DNA from: Eledone cirrhosa
Taxonomy: Eukaryota
DNA length: 64,000 nt
Assembly: GCA_964016885.1 (NCBI GenBank)
Contig: OZ024766.1
Coordinates: 4,402,001 to 4,466,000, forward strand
Direction of reading: 5' to 3'
Notes under the pieces: generated by a model
What the model saw: only the letters and a program-made list of their open reading frames with translations
Told to the model about the DNA's origin: nothing
Database searches by the model: none
Program-made: the position numbers and the translations under genes
Shown here: positions 39,845 through 54,345 of the stretch, one piece after another
How the letters are laid out: each line of letters opens with the position of its first letter
Numbering within the stretch: the stretch's first letter is position 1

Positions 39845-41900
39845 GCACCCAGTTCACACTAAACATGTTAGGGTATCCAGCTATGAAACCCAGCCAGAAT
39901 CAGTCCCCCAGTTCACACTAAACATGGTAGGGTATCCAGCCAGAATCAGTCCCCCAGTTCACACTAAATGTGGTAGGGTATCCAGCCAGAATCAGTCCCC
40001 CAGTTCACACTAAACATGGTAGGGTATCCAGCCAGAATCAGTCCCCCAGTTCACACTAAACATGGTAGGGTATCCAGCCAGAATCAGTCCCCCAGTTCAC
40101 ACTAAACATGGTAGGGTATCCAGCCAGAATCAGTCCCCCAGTTCACACTAAACATGGTAGGGTATCCAGCCAGAATCAGTCCCCCAGTTCACACTAAATG
40201 TGGTAGGGTATCCAGCTATGAAACCCAGCCAGAATCAGTCCCCCAGTTCACACTAAATGTAGTAGGGTATCCAGCTATGAAACCCAGCCAGAATCAGTCC
40301 CCCAGTTCACACTAAACGTGGTAGGGTATCCAGCTATGAAACCCAGCCAGAATCAGTCCCCCAGTTCACACTAAATGTAGTAGGGTATCCAGCTATGAAA
40401 CCCAGCCAGAATCAGTCCCCCAGTTCACACTAAACGTAGTAGGGTATCCAGCTATGAAACCCAGCCAGAATCAGTCCCCCAGTTCACACTAAATGTAGTA
40501 GGGTATCCAGCTATGAAACCCAGCCAGAATCAGTCCCCCAGTTCACACTAAACGTAGTAGGGTATCCAGCTATGAAACCCAGCCAGAATCAGTCACCCAG
40601 TTCACACTAAACGTAGTAGGGTATCCAGCTATGAAACCCAGCCAGAATCAGTCACCCAGTTCACACTAAACGTAGTAGGGTATCCAGCTATGAAACCCAG
40701 CCAGAATCAGTCCCCCAGTTCACACTAAACGTAGTAGGGTATCCAGCTATGAAACCCAGCCAGAATCAGTCCCCCAGTTCACACTAAACGTAGTAGGGTA
40801 TCCAGCTATGAAACCCAGCCAGAATCAGTCACCCAGTTCACACTAAACGTAGTAGGGTATCCAGCTATGAAACCCAGCCAGAATCAGTCACCCAGTTCAC
40901 ACTAAACGTAGTAGGGTATCCAGCTATGAAACCCAGCCAGAATCAGTCCCCCAGTTCACACTAAACGTAGTAGGGTATCCAGCTATGAAACCCAGCCAGA
41001 ATCAGTCACCCAGTTCACACTAAACGTAGTAGGGTATCCAGCTATGAAACCCAGCCAGAATCAGTCACCCAGTTCACACTAAACGTAGTAGGGTATCCAG
41101 CTATGAAACCCAGCCAGAATCAGTCCCCCAGTTCACACTAAACGTAGTAGGGTATCCAGCTATGAAACCCAGCCAGAATCAGTCACCCAGTTCACACTAA
41201 ACGTAGTAGGGTATCCAGCTATGAAACCCAGCCAGAATCAGTCACCCAGTTCACACTAAACGTAGTAGGGTATCCAGCTATGAAACCCAGCCAGAATCAG
41301 TCACCCAGTTCACACTAAACGTAGTAGGGTATCCAGCTATGAAACCCAGCCAGAAACAGTCCCCCAGTTCACACTAAATGTAGTAGGGTATCCAGCTATG
41401 AAACCCAGCCAGAATCAGTCCCCCAGTTCACACTAAATGTAGTAGGGTATCCAGCTATGAAACCCAGCCAGAATCAGTCCCCCAGTTCACACTAAATGTA
41501 GTAGGGTATCCAGCTATGAAACCCAGCCAGAATCAGTCCCCCAGTTCACACTAAACATGGTAGGGTATCCAGCCAGAATCAGTCCCCCAGTTCACACTAA
41601 ACGTGGTAGGGTATCCAGCTATGAAACCCAGCCAGAATCAGTCCCCCAGTTCACACTAAACATGGTAGGGTATCCAGCCAGAATCAGTCCCCCAGTTCAC
41701 ACTAAATGTGGTAGGGTATCCAGCTATGAAACCCAGCCAGAATCAGTCCCCCAGTTCACACTAAACATGGTAGGGTATCCAGCCAGAATCAGTCCCCCAG
41801 TTCACACTAAATGTGGTAGGGTATCCAGCTATGAAACCCAGCCAGAATCAGTCCCCCAGTTCACACTAAACATGGTAGGGTATCCAGCCAGAATCAGTTC
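39845..41900. repeat. 59/46-bp minisatellite (~2 kb)
   Basis: Unit 'ccccagttcacactaaacgtagtagggtatccagc(tatgaaacccagc)cagaatcagtc'. Periods of 59 and 46 were read directly. Confidence 0.95.
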
Positions 41901-42269
41901 TGTATGAGCAAGAGACAGTCATCTGATTTGCCTTGTCTTACACTTGAGGGATATGCTGTATGTTAAGTTGAAGGTCATAATATAATGTTAAACTTGAGAT
42001 TGCAAGTTTGATTCCCATATCTCTCTCTCTTTTTCTCTGACCACTCTTCCATCCATTAAGCGGTTTTGTTTAACCTGACTCTGCTCCTGTTTATTTAAAA
42101 ACATTTTGAAGACCTTTCACTATAAATTTAAGGTAGCGACTCTAGTCACATAACTAGCTTCAGCAAAGACAAAGACGATCATTTCTAGCGGTTATATGTC
42201 CCTTTCTATTTTTGCTGTGAGCTGTAGAAGCTGGATTCTTATAGAATACCAATTATGTTTATGATCTGT

Positions 42270-42750
42270 TTAAACTCATTAACATAGAGAGCGATTGCTG
42301 GCCTAACAACAATTAGGAATTTGTGTTGGAGCTCTGAAATAGCGATGTAGGAGTTTGAATATGTCATCCAATAGAGAAATGATACTAAAAATTCATTGCA
42401 CAGGGAGGTCAGATTCGGATATTGCAAAGTTACTTTCGGTTGCAAGATCTACTGTTTGGAAAGCTGTGAAGTATTTTATAGAGCAAGGAGATTTGTTGGA
42501 TAGACTCAGTGGATAGACTCAGTGGAAGACTGTGAACTAAACAGACTCCTGCTCTCATTAAAGTTGTTGAAATCTGAAAAAAATCCATGAGGTAAATAGC
42601 AAAAGTGGTCCAAGGAAGATCAACACTTCACACTTCTGAAGAGATAAACAAAAAGGGTTAGAGAGAAGGAAGAATTTGATTAAAGCAATGAAACGTGGCA
42701 TGGTGGGGGAAATTGCCTGGGCAGATGAAACAATTTTCACTTGAGTAGAC
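42270..42750 (+). mobile_element. Degraded Tc1/mariner-superfamily transposase fragment
   Basis: Manual translation gives TVWKAVKYF.EQGDLLDR..SGR and KGLERRKNLIKAMKRG...IAWADETIFT (WSDEK.FT-like first catalytic Asp), with stops. Confidence 0.5.
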
Positions 42751-42849
42751 ACACAACTGAAGAAATCCGCTTTTCCCTGCTTGCAAGGGTGGGATGGGAA
42801 CTGACTCTGGCTTGATTTCTACAGCTGGATGTCCTTCCTAACACCAACC

Positions 42850-43605
42850 TCATTTACAGTGTGGGCTGGGTGCTTTTTTTGCTGTGGCACCTCCACGTCC
42901 ACTTTACAGTGAGTGCTGGGTGCTTTCTTTGCCATGGCACCTCCACGACCACTTTACAGTGAGTGCTGGGTGCTTTTTTTTGCTGTGGCACCTCCACGAC
43001 CACTTTACAGTGAGTGCTGGGTGCTTTCTTTGCCATGGCACCTCCACGACCACTTTACAGTGAGTGCTGGGTGCTTTTTTTTGCTGTGGCGCCTCCACGA
43101 CCACTTTACAGTGAGTGCTGGGTGCTTTTCTTCCATGGCACCTCCACGTCCACTTTACAGTGAGTGCTGGGTGCTTTTCTTCCATGGCACCTCCACATCC
43201 ACTTTACAGTGTGGGCTGGGTGCTTTTTTGCCGTGGCACCTCCACGACCACTTTACAGTGAGTGCTGGGTGCTTTTTTGCCGTGGCACCTCCACGACCAC
43301 TTTACAGTGAGTGCTGGGTGCTTTTTTTTGCTGTGGCGCCTCCACGACCACTTTACAGTGAGTGCTGGGTGCTTTTCTTCCATGGCACCTCCACGTCCAC
43401 TTTACAGTGAGTGCTGGGTGCTTTTCTTCCATGGCACCTCCACGTCCACTTTACAGTGAGTGCTGGGTGCTTTTTTGCCGTGGCACCTCCACGACCACTT
43501 TACAGTGAGTGCTGGGTGCTTTTTTTCCGTGGCACCTCCACGACCACTTTACAGTGAGTGCTGGGTGCTTTTTTGCCGTGGCACCTCCACGACCACTTTA
43601 CAGTG
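42850..43605 (-). repeat. ~47-51-bp minisatellite from the RTE/SINE 3' UTR repeat
   Basis: 'tggcacctccacgaccactttacagtgagtgctgggtgctttt' repeated about 15 times, contiguous with the retroposon terminus at 42765-42850. Confidence 0.9.
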
Positions 43606-43631
43606 GAATGATAGGGACCCCAGTCCCTATC

Positions 43632-43735
43632 ATCTCATTTCTACAGCTGAGTAAACTGGAGCAATGTTAAATATAGTGTCTTGCTCAAGGAAACAACACA
43701 TCACCCGGTCTGAGATTGAACTCAAAACCTTCTTT
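43632..43735 (-). mobile_element. CORE-like SINE fragment
   Basis: 'gtgtcttgctcaaggaaacaacac...gagattgaactc' is the antisense of a B-box plus 'gttgtgtccttgagcaagacac'-type core. A second piece lies at ~44180-44260. Confidence 0.5.
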
Positions 43736-44063
43736 AGGTCACCAATGATCATAGGATTTGCACCAAGTAAGTTCCCCCCTGAGGCACAAGTCTGGGCAAG
43801 GTTGTTTGTGGAAGACCAGCAGTTGTCCAAAGGAAAGCCAGCTTGTCACCATTGATGTGACAGCATATATTGTATATATAATATATATACAATATATAGT
43901 CTATATATACACTCGATGTGATGTTGTCCAAGGGAAAGGGAATTGCTGATACAGTATTTATACACTCAATATATACACTATATATGATGTTGTCCAAGGA
44001 AAAGGAAAAAACTGATACAGCTTGGCACCAGTGACATCACAACATACAATATATACCCTGGAT

Positions 44064-44104
<41 letters not shown>

Positions 44105-44306
44105 TCCATACTCAATATATACACACTATATATATATATATGTATAATGTTGTCCGAGGCAATGGCCGATACAGTTTGGCATTTCTACAGCTGAGTAAAC
44201 AGGAGCAACGTGAAGTAAGGTGTCTTGCTGAAGGACACAACACATCACCTTGTCCGAGAATGGCTGATACAGCTTGGTACCAGTGATGTTACATACACAA
44301 TATATA

Positions 44307-44340
<34 letters not shown>

Positions 44341-44693
44341 TCTATATATTCTATATACACTCGTTATTATGTCCACTTGGTACCAGTGATGTTACATACA
44401 CAATATATACACTATATATATATATATAGACTCTATATATTCTATATACACTCTTTATTATGTGCACTTGGTACCAGTGATGTTACATACAGCATTATAA
44501 TAAATGTTCGGTGAATCCATACGGACATATATATATGTGTGTGCATGTATGTATATATATATATATACACATACTACTGTACGTCTGTATACATATATGT
44601 ATGTACGTATACATACTTATATTTAAGTAACAGCTGTGAGAAATGAAATTACGTTTCATTTTTTCCGTTCAATATATATATATATATATATAG

Positions 44694-45460
44694 AGCTGTA
44701 TGGGAGCATCCCAAAAGTCAGCTCAAAAGTGACACAGAGGAGACTGAGGTTAGCTGGACATGCTCACCGACATCCAGAGTTGACACTGCACTCAGTGCTC
44801 CTGTGGGAGCCCCTACATGGACACACTAGGTTAGCTGGACATGCTCACCGACATCCAGAGTTGACATTGCACTCAGTGCTCCTGTGGGAGCCCCTACATG
44901 GACACACTAGGTTAGCTGGACATGCTCACCGACATCCAGAGTTGACATTGCACTCAGTGCTCCTGTGGGAGCCCCTACATGGACACACTAGGTTAGCTGG
45001 ACATGCTCACCGACATCCAGAGTTGACACTGCACTCAGTGCTCCTATGGGAGCCCCTACATGGACACACTAGGTTAGCTGGACATGCTCACCGACATCCA
45101 GAGTTGACACTGCACTCAGTGCTCCTGTGGGAGCCCCTATATGGACACACTAGGTTAGCTGGACATGCTCACCGACATCCAGAGTTGACATTGCACTCAG
45201 TGCTCCTGTGGGAGCCCCTACATGGACACACTAGGTTAGCTGGACATGCTCACCGACATCCAGAGTTGACATTGCACTCAGTGCTCCTGTGGGAGCCCCT
45301 ACATGGACACACTAGAAGAGGAAGACCAAGGTTAACGTATGTTGATGCCCTAACGACAGACACTGGTCTGTTGGAGACGCAGGACATGGCAGCGATAATG
45401 AGGGACAGAGACCGCTGGAGAGAACTCGTCCATGGATCTCGGGAATTTTACCCACCTTAG
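44694..45460 (+). mobile_element. LINE C-terminal fragment containing 7 x 81-bp in-frame tandem repeat (44747-45313)
   Basis: RLAGHAHRHPELTLHSVLLWEPLHGHT x7. The single-copy version is at 28914-29204; flanked by (TA)n. Confidence 0.88.
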
Positions 45461-45477
45461 ATATATATATATATATA

Positions 45478-45648
45478 TAGGAACGAGTAGGACCCCGACG
45501 GCTGAGCTCAAGCCGTTTCGACGGCTAATTCAGTCCAGAGTTAGCCGTCGGAGTCCTACTCGTTCCTATTACCCACTCTACTACCCTAAGTATTGAGTAC
45601 TTTGGTGCGTTATGGTCCACCTGGTTCCTTACCACATTTCCTTTGTTA
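45478..45648. mobile_element. Penelope-like remnant with inverted repeat
   Basis: 'taggaacgagtaggac' ... 'gtcctactcgttccta' arms. The minus strand reads GACGGCTAA-loop-TTAGCCGTC-GAAAC. Homologous to 26700-26879. Confidence 0.5.
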
Positions 45649-46569
45649 TGTATATATATATATATATATATATGGTATGGAATACTATTAGCTTATCGCT
45701 AAAACAATTTCTATACCTTTCATTTATATATATATATATATATATAAATATTAATACAATAACAGAGAAAGCTTTACGCTAAACTCTGACTGGTAACCAT
45801 CTCACTCAACAAACATTAGGTTATACGTTAGTATAAACCCAATTTAGTGTCTGGGGTGCCAACTATATGTATTTTGTGGAAAGCCAGTTGTATTATTTTA
45901 TATGAGATATAATTAAAATTAAAATATATCTCTCTTTCCAAACAATTGTTTGTATATATGTGTGGTAACATGTATCCCAGTACAACCTGTCTCATGGTTG
46001 AGTCGTTGGCGACTAAACTGGCAACCCCACCAAGGTTTCTTGGTGAGGAGGGTGACTTTGGACATCCTGCAGGACTAAAAACAAAACCTGTCAAAGGGCA
46101 AAGGAGCTCTTAAGAGTCAATGGCCATCCAAAATCACCGGGAGAGATGACCCCTTAGCCTTTGTCAAGGCAGAATTCTAGGAGAAGGAAAACTCTGATAT
46201 AACACCTGCAACCCTGATGGTATCCAATGATGTTGACTTGTTCTTCTTTTTGGTAAATATCATCTTGGTTAAGAGAGTGGGACTGGCTTTGTGCAGTGCC
46301 TTTCCTCACTATAAAAGCTTCACGGCACAGGCATTGCTTTATATCTGGAGATCTCTCTGTACTTGTCGTCACATGGTACCATGGGCCCAGCACTATGTGT
46401 CAATAATTGTCACAAGTGTAGCGTTTGTACCAGAGTTTTCAAGTCGCTGGCTGGACTAAAAATTCACACTCGTTCAGCGCATCGGTAGGGGTTCTCCTAC
46501 ATGGATATAAAGTAGTGGCCGTACTCGAAAACGAGTTGGCAGCTACCATATATATATATATATATATAT

Positions 46570-49500
46570 GCCATGTGCGTTTTTCACCGCTAGTTGACTC
46601 CTTTGCCGCCAGGATAAAACTCGTTGACAACGTAAACTCCATTCCACTTATTCTAGTAGGCTTTTATATTTATATGTGAGCTGATAGAGTACTGTCTAAG
46701 GATTTACAGAAACCCATGAAGCTAGATTTAACACCTTTCTAGTGGGTCCGGGTATGATTTTACATTCATTTAAATTATTGACGTATTGTTTTATTGATAT
46801 TTTTTATCTGTTTGGCCCGAATCTTCCTTTATCGATTTTAAATCGTATGGTTGATTGTAGACTTGTTCTATATGTGACGGTATTTTAACGATAGTTATAG
46901 CTCTGATTCATCTGAATTATTGAGCCCTCTGCCGCTCATATCGAATTTCGTTTTTCGTTAACTCGTGCGCCGATTTTTCGATACTCGATCTTTCTAATAT
47001 ATTTAGCTCTGGACATAGCTATCCACCAGTTAATTTTATTGCTCATATTTTGTCGATTCTATTGAGTGATGAATAGCTTTTGTTTTATTTTAACATGTCT
47101 ATTGAGCACTCTAATTCGATATGTGTATTTCCACATTCACTCGAATTATTTTCGCGGATATAGGGGTCATCTCCCTTGTCTAATGCCATGTGCGTTTTTC
47201 ACCGCTAGTTGACTCCTTTGCCGCCAGGATAAAACTCGTTGACAACGTAAACTCCATTCCACTTATTCTAGTAGGCTTTTATATTTATATGTGAGCTGAT
47301 AGAGTACTGTCTAAGGATTTACAGAAACCCATGAAGCTAGATTTAACACCTTTCTAGTGGGTCCGGGTATGATTTTACATTCATTTAAATTATTGACGTA
47401 TTGTTTTATTGATATTTTTTATCTGTTTGGCCCGAATCTTCCTTTATCGATTTTAAATCGTATGGTTGATTGTAGACTTGTTCTATATGTGACGGTATTT
47501 TAACGATAGTTATAGCTCTGATTCATCTGAATTATTGAGCCCTCTGCCGCTCATATCGAATTTCGTTTTTCGTTAACTCGTGCGCCGATTTTTCGATACT
47601 CGATCTTTCTAATATATTTAGCTCTGGACATAGCTATCCACCAGTTAATTTTATTGCTCATATTTTGTTGATTCTATTGAGTGATGAATAGCTTTTGTTT
47701 TATTTTAACATGTCTATTGAGCACTCTAATTCGATATGTGTATTTCCACATTCACTCGAATTATTTTCGCGGATATAGGGGTCATCTCCCTTGTCTAATG
47801 CCATGTGCGTTTTTCACCGCTAGTTGACTCCTTTGCCGCCAGGATAAAACTCGTTGACAACGTAAACTCCATTCCACTTATTCTAGTAGGCTTTTATATT
47901 TATATGTGAGCTGATAGAGTACTGTCTAAGGATTTACAGAAACCCATGAAGCTAGATTTAACACCTTTCTAGTGGGTCCGGGTATGATTTTACATTCATT
48001 TAAATTATTGACGTATTGTTTTATTGATATTTTTTATCTGTTTGGCCCGAATCTTCCTTTATCGATTTTAAATCGTATGGTTGATTGTAGACTTGTTCTA
48101 TATGTGACGGTATTTTAACGATAGTTATAGCTCTGATTCATCTGAATTATTGAGCCCTCTGCCGCTCATATCGAATTTCGTTTTTCGTTAACTCGTGCGC
48201 CGATTTTTCGATACTCGATCTTTCTAATATATTTAGCTCTGGACATAGCTATCCACCAGTTAATTTTATTGCTCATATTTTGTCGATTCTATTGAGTGAT
48301 GAATAGCTTTTGTTTTATTTTAACATGTCTATTGAGCACTCTAATTCGATATGTGTATTTCCACATTCACTCGAATTATTTTCGCGGATATAGGGGTCAT
48401 CTCCCTTGTCTAATGCCATGTGCGTTTTTCACCGCTAGTTGACTCCTTTGCCGCCAGGATAAAACTCGTTGACAACGTAAACTCCATTCCACTTATTCTA
48501 GTAGGCTTTTATATTTATATGTGAGCTGATAGAGTACTGTCTAAGGATTTACAGAAACCCATGAAGCTAGATTTAACACCTTTCTAGTGGGTCCGGGTAT
48601 GATTTTACATTCATTTAAATTATTGACGTATTGTTTTATTGATATTTTTTATCTGTTTGGCCCGAATCTTCCTTTATCGATTTTAAATCGTATGGTTGAT
48701 TGTAGACTTGTTCTATATGTGACGGTATTTTAACGATAGTTATAGCTCTGATTCATCTGAATTATTGAGCCCTCTGCCGCTCATATCGAATTTCGTTTTT
48801 CGTTAACTCGTGCGCCGATTTTTCGATACTCGATCTTTCTAATATATTTAGCTCTGGACATAGCTATCCACCAGTTAATTTTATTGCTCATATTTTGTCG
48901 ATTCTATTGAGTGATGAATAGCTTTTGTTTTATTTTAACATGTCTATTGAGCACTCTAATTCGATATGTGTATTTCCACATTCACTCGAATTATTTTCGC
49001 GGATATAGGGGTCATCTCCCTTGTCTAATGCCATGTGCGTTTTTCACCGCTAGTTGACTCCTTTGCCGCCAGGATAAAACTCGTTGACAACGTAAACTCC
49101 ATTCCACTTATTCTAGTAGGCTTTTATATTTATATGTGAGCTGATAGAGTACTGTCTAAGGATTTACAGAAACCCATGAAGCTAGATTTAACACCTTTCT
49201 AGTGGGTCCGGGTATGATTTTACATTCATTTAAATTATTGACGTATTGTTTTATTGATATTTTTTATCTGTTTGGCCCGAATCTTCCTTTATCGATTTTA
49301 AATCGTATGGTTGATTGTAGACTTGTTCTATATGTGACGGTATTTTAACGATAGTTATAGCTCTGATTCATCTGAATTATTGAGCCCTCTGCCGCTCATA
49401 TCGAATTTCGTTTTTCGTTAACTCGTGCGCCGATTTTTCGATACTCGATCTTTCTAATATATTTAGCTCTGGACATAGCTATCCACCAGTTAATTTTATT

Positions 49501-50680
49501 GCTCATATTTTGTCGATTCTATTGAGTGATGAATAGCTTTTGTTTTATTTTAACATGTCTATTGAGCACTCTAATTCGATATGTGTATTTCCACATTCAC
49601 TCGAATTATTTTCGCGGATATAGGGGTCATCTCCCTTGTCTAATGCCATGTGCGTTTTTCACCGCTAGTTGACTCCTTTGCCGCCAGGATAAAACTCGTT
49701 GACAACGTAAACTCCATTCCACTTATTCTAGTAGGCTTTTATATTTATATGTGAGCTGATAGAGTACTGTCTAAGGATTTACAGAAACCCATGAAGCTAG
49801 ATTTAACACCTTTCTAGTGGGTCCGGGTATGATTTTACATTCATTTAAATTATTGACGTATTGTTTTATTGATATTTTTTATCTGTTTGGCCCGAATCTT
49901 CCTTTATCGATTTTAAATCGTATGGTTGATTGTAGACTTGTTCTATATGTGACGGTATTTTAACGATAGTTATAGCTCTGATTCATCTGAATTATTGAGC
50001 CCTCTGCCGCTCATATCGAATTTCGTTTTTCGTTAACTCGTGCGCCGATTTTTCGATACTCGATCTTTCTAATATATTTAGCTCTGGACATAGCTATCCA
50101 CCAGTTAATTTTATTGCTCATATTTTGTCGATTCTATTGAGTGATGAATAGCTTTTGTTTTATTTTAACATGTCTATTGAGCACTCTAATTCGATATGTG
50201 TATTTCCACATTCACTCGAATTATTTTCGCGGATATAGGGGTCATCTCCCTTGTCTAATGCCATGTGCGTTTTTCACCGCTAGTTGACTCCTTTGCCGCC
50301 AGGATAAAACTCGTTGACAACGTAAACTCCATTCCACTTATTCTAGTAGGCTTTTATATTTATATGTGAGCTGATAGAGTACTGTCTAAGGATTTACAGA
50401 AACCCATGAAGCTAGATTTAACACCTTTCTAGTGGGTCCGGGTATGATTTTACATTCATTTAAATTATTGACGTATTGTTTTATTGATATTTTTTATCTG
50501 TTTGGCCCGAATCTTCCTTTATCGATTTTAAATCGTATGGTTGATTGTAGACTTGTTCTATATGTGACGGTATTTTAACGATAGTTATAGCTCTGATTCA
50601 TCTGAATTATTGAGCCCTCTGCCGCTCATATCGAATTTCGTTTTTCGTTAACTCGTGCGCCGATTTTTCGATACTCGATC

Positions 50681-50690
<10 letters not shown>
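46570..50690. repeat. 615-bp tandem array, ~6.7 near-identical copies
   Basis: 'gccatgtgcgtttttcaccgc' starts at 46570, 47185, 47800, 48415, 49030, 49645 and 50260; (TA)n on both flanks. Confidence 0.97.
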
Positions 50691-50731
<41 letters not shown>

Positions 50732-50732
50732 T

Positions 50733-50888
50733 TGCGCATGCGCTGTGATGTCCGAAATTTCTGCGCATGCGTAATTGAAATAGCTCTGTTTAGTAAAACT
50801 AAAATGGCCGCTGAAAAAAGTCGATGTTTTTCTAAGCTGAATAAAAAACGTTAAAAACTCGGATTTTACCATTTTACCGGAGGTAAAG
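50733..50888 (+). promoter_or_regulatory. Housekeeping-type promoter and first exon with splice donor
   Basis: TGCGCATGCGC (50733-50743) and TGCGCATGCG (50762-50771) are NRF1-like. AAAATGGCCG (50801-50810) is YY1-like. Donor GAG|GTAAAG at 50883. Confidence 0.6.
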
Positions 50889-51029
50889 TAAAGTTTTATT
50901 TTATGTTGAAGAGTTTTATTGATACATTTTCTCTTTATTTCCCTCCATTTTGTCAGGAATAAATATTTAAATCATAGTTTAGCTACGGTGACACCTCCAC
51001 GTTTGTTTACAATACACCTCCTTCACTGA

Positions 51030-51126
51030 TATATATATATATATATACACACTTCTGATATATTATATATACTACTGTAGGTATATATATATATATATAC
51101 TTCTGATATATTATATATACTACTGT

Positions 51127-51168
<42 letters not shown>

Positions 51169-51950
51169 TTCTGATATATTATATATACTACTGTAGGTAT
51201 ATATATACACTTCTGATATATTATATATACTACTGTAGGTATATATATATATATACACTTCTGATATATTATATATACTACTGTAGGTATATATATATAT
51301 ATACACTTCTGATATATTATATATACTACTGTAGGTATATATATATACACTTCTGATATATTATATATACTACTGTAGGTATATATATATATATATATAC
51401 TTCTGATATATTATATATACTACTGTAGGTATATATATATATATACACTTCTGATATATTATATATACTACTGTAGGTATATATATATATATATATACTT
51501 CTGATATATTATATATACTACTGTAGGTATATATATATATATATATACTTCTGATATATTATATATACTACTGTAGGTATATATATATATATATATACTT
51601 CTGATATATTATATATACTACTGTAGGTATATATATATATATATATACTTCTGATATATTATATATACTACTGTAGGTATATATATATATATATACTTCT
51701 GATATATTATATATACTACTGTAGGTATATATATATATATATATACTTCTGATATATTATATATACTACTGTAGGTATATATATATATATATACACTTCT
51801 GATATATTATATATACTACTGTAGGTATATATATATATATATATACTTCTGATATATTATATATACTACTGTAGGTATATATATATATATATATACTTCT
51901 GATATATTATATATACTACTGTAGGTATATATATATATATATATATATAC
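51030..51950. repeat. ~45-50-bp TA-rich minisatellite
   Basis: 'cttctgatatattatatatactactgtagg(ta)n' repeated. Confidence 0.9.
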
Positions 51951-52219
51951 ACTTCTATACAATGTCAGGAATAATTATTTAAACGATAGTTTAGCTACGG
52001 TGACATCTCCACGTTTGTTTGTTTATATATACACTTATATAGGTATATATATATATATATATATACTACTGTAGGTGTATATATTTATATACACTACTTT
52101 AGATATATATATACACTTCTGATGTATTATATATACTACTGTGTATATATACTTCTGATCTGTTATATATACACTACTCTGATGTATTATATATATACTA
52201 CTGTAGGTATATATATATA

Positions 52220-54345
52220 TATACACTACTCTGATATATTATATACACTACTCTGATCTATTATATATACACTACTCTGATCTATTATATATACACTACT
52301 CTGATATATTATATACACTACTCTGATCTATTATATATACACTACTCTAATATATTATATATACACTACTCTGATATATTATATACACTACTCTGATCTA
52401 TTATATATACACTACTCTAATATATTATATATACACTACTCTAATATATTATATACACTACTCTGATCTATTATATATACACTACTCTAATATATTATAT
52501 ATACACTACTCTAATATATTATATATACACTACTCTGATATATTATATATACACTACTCTGATATATTATATATACACTACTCTGATATATTATATATAC
52601 ACTACTCTTATATATTATATATACACTACTCTTATATATTATATATACACTACTCTGATATATTATATATACACTACTCTGATCTATTATATATACACTA
52701 CTCTGATATATTATATATACACTACTCTGATCTATTATATATACACTATGATATATTATATATACACTACTCTGATCTATTATATATACACTACTCTAAT
52801 ATATTATATACACTACTCTTATATATTATATACACTACTCTGATCTATTATATATACACTACTCTGATCTATTATATATACACTACTCTGATATATTATA
52901 TATACACTACTCTGATCTATTATATATACACTACTCTAATATATTATATACACTACTCTTATATATTATATACACTACTCTGATCTATTATATATACACT
53001 ACTCTGATATATTATATATACACTACTCTAATATATTATATACACTACTCATATATTATATACACTACTCTGATATATTATATATACACTACTCTGATAT
53101 ATTATATATACACTACTCTGATATATTATATATACACTACTCTGATATATTATATATACACTACTCTGATATATTATATATACACTACTCTAATATATTA
53201 TATACACTACTCATATATTATATACACTACTCTGATATATTATATACACTACTCTGATCTATTATATATACACTACTCTGATATATTATATACACTACTC
53301 TGATATATTATATATACACTACTCTAATATATTATATACACTACTCATATATTATATACACTACTCTGATATATTATATATACACTACTCTGATCTATTA
53401 TATATACACTACTCTGATATATTATATATACACTACTCTGATCTATTATATATACACTATGATATATTATATATACACTACTCTGATCTATTATATATAC
53501 ACTACTCTGATATATTATATATACACTACTGTAGGTATATATATATACACTACTCTGATGTATTATATATACACTACTCTGATATATTATATATACACTA
53601 CTCTGATATATTATATATACACTACTCTGATATATTATATATACACTACTCTGATCTATTATATACACTACTCTGATCTATTATATACACTACTCTGATA
53701 TATTATATATACACTACTGTAGGTATATATATATACACTACTCTGATGTATTATATATACACTACTCTGATATATTATATATACACTACTCTGATATATT
53801 ATATATACACTACTCTGATCTATTATATACACTACTCTGATCTATTATATACACTACTCTGATATATTATATATACACTACTCTGATATATTATATACAC
53901 TACTCTGATATATTATATACACTACTCTGATCTATTATATATACACTACTCTGATCTATTATATATACACTACTCTTATATATTATATACACTACTCTGA
54001 TATATTATATATACACTACTCTGATCTATTATATATACACTACTCTAATATATTATATACACTACTCATATATTATATACACTACTCTGATATATTATAT
54101 ATACACTACTCTGATCTATTATATATACACTACTCTGATATATTATATACACTACTCTGATATATTATATATACACTACTCTGATCTATTATATATACAC
54201 TACTCTGATATATTATATATACACTACTGTAAGTATATATATATACACTACTCTGATGTATTATATATACATTACTCTGATATATTATATATACACTACT
54301 GTAGGTATATATATATACACTACTCTTATATATTATATACACTAA
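52220..54345. repeat. ~20-24-bp minisatellite
   Basis: 'cactactctgat(a/c)tattata(ta)ta' repeated for ~2.1 kb. Confidence 0.92.

Noticed and set aside
39845-41900. CRISPR-like array (also considered for 42850-43605 and 58066-59870)
   Set aside because: No unique spacers, no cas genes, and a eukaryotic context; these are plain minisatellites.
41557-43654. Repetitive ORFs at 41557-41907 and 42854-43654
   Set aside because: Translations of minisatellite units.
46570-47184. 5S rRNA, snRNA or histone-type repeat unit
   Set aside because: No 5S, U1/U2/U6 or tRNA motif recognised on either strand and no ORF in the track; an Rfam search would be needed to exclude this fully.
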